The translations under genes were made by a program, and so were the position numbers. The notes beneath the pieces are model-generated. The model saw only the letters and a program-made list of their open reading frames with translations, ran no database searches and was not told the DNA's origin. From the IMG/VR virus record IMGVR_UViG_3300005941_000003, positions 124,001 through 188,000 of that record: a stretch of 64,000 bases of DNA. The stretch is one strand, 5' to 3'. This document shows, piece after piece, positions 57,966-64,000 of the stretch (within the stretch, counting starts at the first letter, position 1; the number at the start of each line of letters is the position of its first letter).

Positions 57966-59188
57966 TGATTTTTCAAATTGATAAACTAATTGATAACCTA
58001 AAAAATAATAATTGGAATTATTTTTGGGATAGAATTAATATTGATGAATATGTCGCCAGACCTACAGCAATTTATATATACGCCGGGGGTAATGGTGACC
58101 TAGAATATGTACACATGCCATATAATAAATTTTTTCAAGATTTTATGGAAAAATACAAATTAAAGATTACCAGTGAATTAAATAGAGAGATAAGAACAGG
58201 TAAAATATTTGAAAGACCTATAGTTTTTCAAACATGTGAAGGTTTTACATTAGAAGAAAATACTCAATTTATAAGAGATATTTTAAATGAATATACAGAT
58301 AAAATACCGGATATTTTTAATAGAGTTATATTAATTCATTCAAGTTTTAACCATTCACTTGATACATATAGAGTTAATAACGTTATAAGACTTCACGATA
58401 TTGTATTCACCTTTGTTTATCTTGCAGGCAAATACCCTAAATATTTTGTTGATAAAGATTATAGTATAATACCAACAGAAAAAAGTTTTAAAAAAATATT
58501 CGGATGTTTTATTACCAGAAATGCATATGATAGGGTAAAAATATACTATCATATAATTAAAAACTATAAAAATGATAGTGTTGCATATTGTCATAGTTCA
58601 GAAATACAAAAAGCATTAAATGATATATTTGATGATTATGACATTGATCAACACACAAATCATGATATGGTAAAAGTAAATCAAAATATTGACAATTTAA
58701 ATAAAACCTATCAACAGTTTGTAATAACCGATTTACAAGAAAAAATGAAAGACGTATTTGTTGATGTTATTAGTGAAACTGTATTTTTTGAGGATAATAA
58801 TGTTTGGGTTACAGAAAAAACAGTTACACCTATAACACTTGGTTTACCTTTTATTATTTCATCAACCTCTGGAATTTATGAGTTGTTACATTATTTGGGA
58901 TTTAAAACATTTTCAGATTTTTGGGACGAATCATTTGACGCTGAGACTGATCATATAGAACGTAATAAAAAATTTTTGAATACATTAGATTATATAGCAG
59001 AAACATATAATACCGAAGAAAAAAGAAAAGAAGCATACAAAAAGATGCTTCCAATTCTAGAACATAATCGCCAGCGTATGATTTATTTTTTTGAAAACCC
59101 AAGAGAAGTGTTAGGTTATATCAAACACACAGATAAAGCAATTGCAGAATTAGAATCTATATTAAAATCCGCATATCCAAATAGTTAA
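57965..59188 (+). CDS. Glycosyltransferase-like protein, 'TEKT' family (#3; very AT-rich)
   Basis: VISET...VTEKTVTPI..GLPFI...LGFKTFSDFWDESFD motif. Confidence 0.5.
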   Translation: MIFQIDKLIDNLKNNNWNYFWDRINIDEYVARPTAIYIYAGGNGDLEYVHMPYNKFFQDFMEKYKLKITSELNREIRTGKIFERPIVFQTCEGFTLEENTQFIRDILNEYTDKIPDIFNRVILIHSSFNHSLDTYRVNNVIRLHDIVFTFVYLAGKYPKYFVDKDYSIIPTEKSFKKIFGCFITRNAYDRVKIYYHIIKNYKNDSVAYCHSSEIQKALNDIFDDYDIDQHTNHDMVKVNQNIDNLNKTYQQFVITDLQEKMKDVFVDVISETVFFEDNNVWVTEKTVTPITLGLPFIISSTSGIYELLHYLGFKTFSDFWDESFDAETDHIERNKKFLNTLDYIAETYNTEEKRKEAYKKMLPILEHNRQRMIYFFENPREVLGYIKHTDKAIAELESILKSAYPNS

Positions 59189-59952
59189 TCTCTGCGTTCA
59201 ATATCGTCTTCTGTTAGTTTATCTCCCATCCAAACTTCAATTACTTTAGCAGGAGTTTCTCCAACATTTACTGCTTTGTGCCAGCATAATGCAGGTATAT
59301 CAAAACTGTTTCCTTGTGGAACAATAAATGTTTGTTTGCCTTCATCATCTTCTACTGTTATTTCAATGACGCCTTCAATAACATGCCAGTGTTCACTACG
59401 ATTAAAATGGCGCTGATCACTCAAAGATTTACCTGCTTCAAATTCTAGTTCTTTTACTTGCCAACCGGGACCTTTATGTAGAACGGTATAAATGCCCCAT
59501 GCACGTTCGGTCTTTGGTTTACTCCAGTTTTCAAGTATCCAAGACGAACTATTCATCTTTCGTGAACCGCCTACTTTCCAAGCAAATTCAACATCTTTAT
59601 TATCGTGAAATGTTTTAAACTCTGGTACGTTTGTGTTAACGCGGTCTCCGCCATTTGCAAAGACTACTTTCCACTTAGATCCTTTAGTTGATAGAACTTG
59701 CATAATAGCGGCACATGCAGTGCCATCATCGTCGTTGAACCCTATAACTTCATCAACCATTTCTAAGTGTTTGATAATATTTGCACGTTCCTCAAACGAC
59801 ATAAATGGTCTACCCTTTTTTCGAGTAAGCCAAGCGTCACTATTCACACCTACAATTAGATGGTCTCCCAACTCTTTGGCAGCTTTGAAATATTCGATAT
59901 GTCCTGAATGCAGTGGGTCAAACCCACCAGTCACTAAAACTACTTTACTCAT
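59185..59952 (-). CDS. Cytidylyltransferase (HIGH family) fused to an MPI type II-like cupin
   Basis: TGGFDPLHSGH, VGVNSD.WL.RKKG, FANGGDR and K.NSSS; then RAWG.Y...SLSDQRH..RSEHW. Confidence 0.88.
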   Translation of the reverse strand: MSKVVLVTGGFDPLHSGHIEYFKAAKELGDHLIVGVNSDAWLTRKKGRPFMSFEERANIIKHLEMVDEVIGFNDDDGTACAAIMQVLSTKGSKWKVVFANGGDRVNTNVPEFKTFHDNKDVEFAWKVGGSRKMNSSSWILENWSKPKTERAWGIYTVLHKGPGWQVKELEFEAGKSLSDQRHFNRSEHWHVIEGVIEITVEDDEGKQTFIVPQGNSFDIPALCWHKAVNVGETPAKVIEVWMGDKLTEDDIERRD

Positions 59953-61144
59953 TATTCACCTCAACAAATGGTTTTGTACGTTCCCATAGCCATGGGTTGA
60001 ATTCACCCCAATGCTCATTTCGTATTCTATTCACTGCGGCATCGGTGTTGACAAAATGTTTAAAGTCGCCTGTCTCATTTAATTCGTTCAGCATCCACTT
60101 GAATATAGAATAACCTGGGTAGTTGTCTGATATAGAATTTAAATATTCTGCTACTTCTTTTTTAACTTCGTCTGGTAGATTTCTAGGTAGCATCCAATCA
60201 GGACCATCCGCCATAACATAATGTGTCCAGCGCATTCCCTTTTGTAGTGAATAATCAATCAACTCGTGGAACGAATTACAGTTGTAGATAGATGCAACAC
60301 TATGGAAACTGATAGTGGTTTTGCTCTTAGTTGCTTTGCGAGTTTTTTCCCACTCCAAGAACCAATCAACTACTTCCTCTACTCTCTGCCAAGAACTACC
60401 TTTGCGTAGAAAATCGTTCAACTTACCATAACTGTCTACACTCAATTGCACGTTGACTTCTTTGCATTGATTTAGTAGACCGGTCAATTCTTCGTTTGGG
60501 GTAGTTGTGGTATTTGTTGCAATAAGTATCTTTAATTCAGGTAGATTACATTTCTTTAGAACACTAATGAATTTCTCTTGCTCCATCAGAGGTTCGCCGC
60601 CGATCATTTTGATAAACTTTAGATTACTTAAATCGTAGTCTTCAATGATACTATTCTTTGCGACAACACCACGTCTTGGTTCGCCGCCCCATCCTAGCTT
60701 TTTAGCATCTGCGTACCAGTTTGTACTTAATTCAGGTCCGCACATACGACATCTGTTATTGCATACGTTACTCAGTGCAAGGTCGATGTTTGTTAGATAG
60801 TGATAATCTCTGTTTGAATTTTCTGCAAATTCAGCAGCATCAGGAATACCAAAGTTAATGAAAGGAGATGAAATGTCAGTACGCATACTGCTACCAGAAA
60901 TTTCTTCGTCGCGATAACAGCTTGCACAACCTGGGTGCGCTTCATCGTTGCGCATCTTTTCACGAAGATCAACCATGAAAGGGTGATTGAATGGATCAGG
61001 GTGATCAATTCTTAAATCTTCTGGTACTTCTTCTTGTCTGAAATAACAACATGGAAAAATCCCACCATCTGGTCTAATAGCCAGATGATGGAATGGAAGT
61101 GGACATGCGTGTTTATGTTTTATTTGGAAATTTCTGTCTGCCAT
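59945..61144 (-). CDS. Radical SAM protein with N-terminal Twitch-type domain (#10)
   Basis: ACPLPF...PCC...CASC; CNNRCRMC; IGGEPL. Confidence 0.92.
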   Translation of the reverse strand: MADRNFQIKHKHACPLPFHHLAIRPDGGIFPCCYFRQEEVPEDLRIDHPDPFNHPFMVDLREKMRNDEAHPGCASCYRDEEISGSSMRTDISSPFINFGIPDAAEFAENSNRDYHYLTNIDLALSNVCNNRCRMCGPELSTNWYADAKKLGWGGEPRRGVVAKNSIIEDYDLSNLKFIKMIGGEPLMEQEKFISVLKKCNLPELKILIATNTTTTPNEELTGLLNQCKEVNVQLSVDSYGKLNDFLRKGSSWQRVEEVVDWFLEWEKTRKATKSKTTISFHSVASIYNCNSFHELIDYSLQKGMRWTHYVMADGPDWMLPRNLPDEVKKEVAEYLNSISDNYPGYSIFKWMLNELNETGDFKHFVNTDAAVNRIRNEHWGEFNPWLWERTKPFVEVNNE

Positions 61145-61170
61145 AATAAGTCCTATATTATATACGAACT

Positions 61171-61177
61171 TATTTAT
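61171..61177 (-). promoter_or_regulatory. Probable late promoter ATAAATA for the rSAM #10 / cytidylyltransferase pair
   Basis: Overlaps the upstream stop codon; AGGA SD before ATG 61144. Confidence 0.55.
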
Positions 61178-61968
61178 GCAAACTTTACGTAGTTCAAACG
61201 AGTTTCTTTGATATCAGGTTCGCGCCATACTGTTTCGAAACTCTTTACTTTCGCGTTGATTTTGAATACGCCAGTGTGGTTTGCAATTGATTCTTTGGAA
61301 GTAAAGAAAGAAACACGATTGCCGTCAATAGTGATAGCAGATACATTATAGCCTCCGTATTGTTCTGATTTACGTTTGTTGATAATTTCAATCTCAGTGT
61401 CGATTACACCACCAGCGGCGCCGATGTGTGCGCTCAGTGCGCTACGATCCCGAAGCGATTTTGATTCTTCTTCGCGCTTATCATAGAATGGCACGTATGC
61501 GACGATTCCGATATCTGAATAACTTACTTCGTCTTTTGCGATGAAACCATGAACACCGCGCTCAAACTCATTCATATTATCACTCAAAACTTTGAACATG
61601 AATTCAAGTTCGAGCCGTGCAATAATATCACGCGCCTGTTCGATTAGTTTTTCACTGATTTGACCAGGGAATGACAGCAGTGCAGCAATTGTGATACTAC
61701 GATTAGAATCGCGTTTCATAAGATAGCGAGTACTTTCAGTCCCGTCTATATTCATGTGTGTGATATATTCATTTACCGGACTTGTGGCTTTGATATATTC
61801 ACCATCATTGAAATCTATTGCCAACAAAGCGGCGGCAAGAGCCACTTCTTTCGGATGCTTTTTTTCTTTAAAATCTTGCAGTTCAGTATAGTGGTAACTA
61901 TCTAAACAAGTATCAAAGCGTCCAAAATACTTAACGCCGCGTTCTCCTGGGATATGATCCATACTCAT
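61174..61968 (-). CDS. Hypothetical protein with a probable C-terminal OB-fold
   Basis: HIG..G...EIEI...GNRVSFF...KINAKVK...ETRLNYVK pattern. Confidence 0.55.
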   Translation of the reverse strand: MSMDHIPGERGVKYFGRFDTCLDSYHYTELQDFKEKKHPKEVALAAALLAIDFNDGEYIKATSPVNEYITHMNIDGTESTRYLMKRDSNRSITIAALLSFPGQISEKLIEQARDIIARLELEFMFKVLSDNMNEFERGVHGFIAKDEVSYSDIGIVAYVPFYDKREEESKSLRDRSALSAHIGAAGGVIDTEIEIINKRKSEQYGGYNVSAITIDGNRVSFFTSKESIANHTGVFKINAKVKSFETVWREPDIKETRLNYVKFA

Positions 61969-61972
61969 TGTT

Positions 61973-62179
61973 TTACTCGCAATCTATTGTCTTATTTACT
62001 TCACATTCAAGATAGTAGATATCTTCATAATATGAACCAAGAATAGTGTCACGTTCTATTTGAACAATTGCTAACCACTGTCCTACGCGAACCGGATCAG
62101 TTACGAATACAGCAGATGTAACAGTTACAAACGTAACAGCAGCGATAATAACAAGGTCACGAACATTCGAAAGATTCAT
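61973..62179 (-). CDS. Small hypothetical membrane protein
   Basis: Hydrophobic LVIIAAVTFVTVTSAVFV segment; tightly packed between its neighbours. Confidence 0.6.
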   Translation of the reverse strand: MNLSNVRDLVIIAAVTFVTVTSAVFVTDPVRVGQWLAIVQIERDTILGSYYEDIYYLECEVNKTIDCE

Positions 62180-62181
62180 GA

Positions 62182-62457
62182 TTACACCCGAATTTTGTTA
62201 ATGTTACGGAGATCAGCATCGTGATCGTCAACAATCTTCCCCGAAGGGAAGTAGAAGCGACGAGAACCGTTGCCTTCAATTTGATCGGTGTCGAGATAGC
62301 GATAACCACGATAGTTACCAGTTTCAAACAGAATAGCTTCCATCAGCGCACAAACACCTTCGCGTTCATCAGCAGTGGTGTTTTCAGCAGCGAGGAACGA
62401 GTTTGCCATACGCAGAATTTTGCCAACTTCAACAGTCTTACGAGCAACTTTAGCCAT
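62182..62457 (-). CDS. Small early hypothetical protein
   Basis: AAGGAG SD and its own promoter cassette. Confidence 0.75.
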   Translation of the reverse strand: MAKVARKTVEVGKILRMANSFLAAENTTADEREGVCALMEAILFETGNYRGYRYLDTDQIEGNGSRRFYFPSGKIVDDHDADLRNINKIRV

Positions 62458-62460
62458 TGT

Positions 62461-62521
62461 GAGTCTCCTTCTCTTGACTACAGTATTAATATAGCATGAT
62501 TCGTGTGATTGTCAAGAATTA
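62461..62521 (-). promoter_or_regulatory. Repeated early promoter/5'UTR cassette, copy 1 (TTGACA..TGATTCG..CTATAT)
   Basis: Minus strand CTTGACAatcacacGAATCatgCTATATTaatac...gtagtcaagagaaggag; TGATTCG at 62497-62503. Confidence 0.8.
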
Positions 62522-62803
62522 AAAACCAATACTTTCACCATTTGCAATCTTTTCTACATAAGAAGAACCAAGAGTGCAGAGTTTAATTTCATCGCGCTTA
62601 CCGCCAGCAGCAACACATTCGTCAACCATTTTGTTTGCCGCTTCCTGCATCATACGAGTGAAGCGTTGCTGATCTGCCACAGTGAGCGAACGGAACATGT
62701 CCGCCATCGTGCTTTCAAAGTAGCCTGCAGCGTATGCATGTGAGCCGTATACTTGACGACTGGCGTCGCTGAAGTCTTTTGCGTATTCTTTAAAGTCCTG
62801 CAT
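62519..62803 (-). CDS. Small early hypothetical protein
   Basis: GAGG SD and its own promoter cassette. Confidence 0.75.
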   Translation of the reverse strand: MQDFKEYAKDFSDASRQVYGSHAYAAGYFESTMADMFRSLTVADQQRFTRMMQEAANKMVDECVAAGGKRDEIKLCTLGSSYVEKIANGESIGF

Positions 62804-62806
62804 AGT

Positions 62807-62865
62807 GTGTCCTCTCTCTGACTACTCTATTAATATAGCATGATTCGTTGTATTGTCAAGAATTA
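62807..62865 (-). promoter_or_regulatory. Repeated early promoter/5'UTR cassette, copy 2
   Basis: Near-identical to copy 1 (tattaatatagcatgattcgt...attgtcaagaatta); TGATTCG at 62841-62847. Confidence 0.8.
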
Positions 62866-63060
62866 ATCGAATGCTACCTTGACAACATTGCCATCTGGAT
62901 CGAACATAGTGCTTACACGACCTTTGCATTTGCTGCTAGTCCGGCAACGCCACCAACTGTCAGCTTGGTCCTGAGTGTCAACAAATACAGAACTCCACTC
63001 AAGAACCCCACTTGGGTTCTCGGCATTTAGACGATTGTATTGTGCGCGGAGTTCCCACAT
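62863..63060 (-). CDS. Small early hypothetical protein
   Basis: GAGAG SD; flanked by promoter cassettes. Confidence 0.65.
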   Translation of the reverse strand: MWELRAQYNRLNAENPSGVLEWSSVFVDTQDQADSWWRCRTSSKCKGRVSTMFDPDGNVVKVAFD

Positions 63061-63065
63061 GTTTA

Positions 63066-63118
63066 ACTCTCTCTTGATTACAAGACAGTTATATAGTGAT
63101 TCGTTTTAACTGTCAACT
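63066..63118 (-). promoter_or_regulatory. Repeated early promoter/5'UTR cassette, copy 3
   Basis: TTGACA (63116-11), TGATTCG (63097-63103), CTATATAAC -10 region and gtaatcaagagagag leader. Confidence 0.7.
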
Positions 63119-63258
63119 ATTAAAATGGTGGATCTTCTGGTACTTTATCTTCCAACTTTCCACTCATAATGTCCCACACACGTTGCTTTTCCATATGTTC
63201 AACATAATGAGAGCGACGACCGTCCTTGATATATGAACATTCGTGCGATTGTCAAGTA

Positions 63259-63266
63259 GATAAATA
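63259..63266 (+). promoter_or_regulatory. Late promoter GATAAATA
   Basis: Upstream of the AGGAG SD and ATG 63292. Confidence 0.65.
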
Positions 63267-63291
63267 AAGTTAGAAGTTAATAGGAGTTACT

Positions 63292-64000
63292 ATGTTATAC
63301 GCAAATGGATGCAGTTTTACATACGGTACAGGTCTTGCACTAAAAGATAAAGCATGGCCTTTTGAACTAGCAGAGTTGTTAGGTTTCGATAGAACAGAAA
63401 CAGTCACGGAAGCACAACGAGGCGTGTCAAATCAATACATTGTACGCAATACGATCACGACAGTTAGTGAACTTATACAGAATGGTAAGAAGCCATTTGT
63501 TGCTATTGGGCTAACTGCACCCAGTAGACGCGAACATTTTATAAAGGAAAAGAATATTCTAATTCACAATATTCCTGCACATGAGTATCATGGTAACATT
63601 ATGTTAGATGAACAAACAAACAGAGATTTAGATTTGTTTAACACTCTATACATGAAACATTTCTGGTCACCAGTTTATGACTTTCATACATACTTGATGC
63701 ATGTGGTACAGATACAAAACTTCTGCAAACAGAATGATCTAGAGTATGTTATATTCAATAGTTTGAACTTGACTCCAAATCTTCTTGAACCTACTAAGTT
63801 TACAGAACTTTGTGAGCAAGCGGACATGGGTCCGGTACTTGCACAATTAGATATGACACATATATATGAACAGCAGACATTCTTTACATACATGCACGAC
63901 AACGAACTGTTCTTTGACCAAGAAGGCGATGAACGATACATGCATCCAAATGAACAAGCACACAGTGAGTGGGCAAAGATCATATTCGATGATATCGAAA
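63292..64000 (+). CDS. SGNH-like protein (#5; runs off the right edge; not in the ORF track)
   Basis: My translation is MLYANGCSFTYGTG...AWP...AQRGVSNQYI...GLTAPSRRE...YMHPNEQAHSEWAKII, open to the edge; AGGAG SD. Confidence 0.8.
   Translation, partial: MLYANGCSFTYGTGLALKDKAWPFELAELLGFDRTETVTEAQRGVSNQYIVRNTITTVSELIQNGKKPFVAIGLTAPSRREHFIKEKNILIHNIPAHEYHGNIMLDEQTNRDLDLFNTLYMKHFWSPVYDFHTYLMHVVQIQNFCKQNDLEYVIFNSLNLTPNLLEPTKFTELCEQADMGPVLAQLDMTHIYEQQTFFTYMHDNELFFDQEGDERYMHPNEQAHSEWAKIIFDDIE

Noticed and set aside
24758-60000. Bacterial capsule/O-antigen locus, or an eCIS/T6SS or prophage in a chromosome
   Set aside because: No flippase, polymerase or exporter is present. T4-type late promoters, a gp55-like gene and phage-style gene packing run throughout.
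24387-61144. RiPP cluster interpretation of the SPASM/Twitch rSAMs
   Set aside because: No short precursor ORFs, PqqD/RRE domains, peptidase or transporter are visible, and the neighbours are sugar enzymes. Direct modification of virion proteins is not excluded.
62461-63260. CRISPR-like repeats
   Set aside because: The repeats are degenerate promoter/RBS cassettes separated by whole ORFs of unequal length; no cas genes.
1272-63983. Numerous 60-200 aa ORFs nested antisense or out of frame within long genes (e.g. 18610-19206, 34217-34828, 63684-63983)
   Set aside because: They overlap well-supported CDSs, lack SDs or motifs, and are expected from codon bias.
1-64000. Alternative genetic code or stop-codon reassignment
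   Set aside because: Standard-code ORFs tile the window densely, and TAA, TAG and TGA all act as stops.

Overview
This window is part of a large (jumbo) T4-like myovirus genome; promoter signatures point to an alphaproteobacterial host (inference). It opens with the 5' part of a gp55-like late sigma factor gene that the ORF track misses. From about 0.5 to 24.3 kb is a baseplate/tail module: tube-initiator-like, gp53/LysM-like, hub with a muramidase-like domain, gp5-like spike with a C-terminal VanY/M15B peptidase, degenerate GH24-like lysozyme, gp25, gp6, a 2912-aa wedge protein and fibre-like proteins. An antisense clpP operon interrupts this module. From about 24.4 to 64 kb is an almost gap-free ~40 kb glyco-modification island. 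It encodes 10 radical SAM enzymes (9 with an N-terminal Twitch-type Cys domain), 5 SGNH-like proteins, about 8 glycosyltransferase-like proteins in several paralogous families, a sulfotransferase-like protein and NDP-sugar tailoring enzymes (cupin, DegT, C-methyltransferase, TylF O-methyltransferase, two UDP-Glc dehydrogenases, epimerase). It also has a kinase, a nucleotidyltransferase-HAD fusion, a PLP enzyme and a cytidylyltransferase-cupin fusion. Several island genes have a T4-type late promoter only 5-6 nt before the ATG, implying leaderless mRNAs, and two of these promoters are perfect palindromes that fire in both directions. A block of small early genes near the right end carries repeated sigma70 promoter cassettes containing TGATTCG (CcrM GANTC / GcrA-type motif). 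The best candidate for an undescribed system is a late-expressed, radical-SAM-rich glycan synthesis and tailoring pathway, plausibly decorating the virion. All calls come from motif recognition by eye; no database searches were run.
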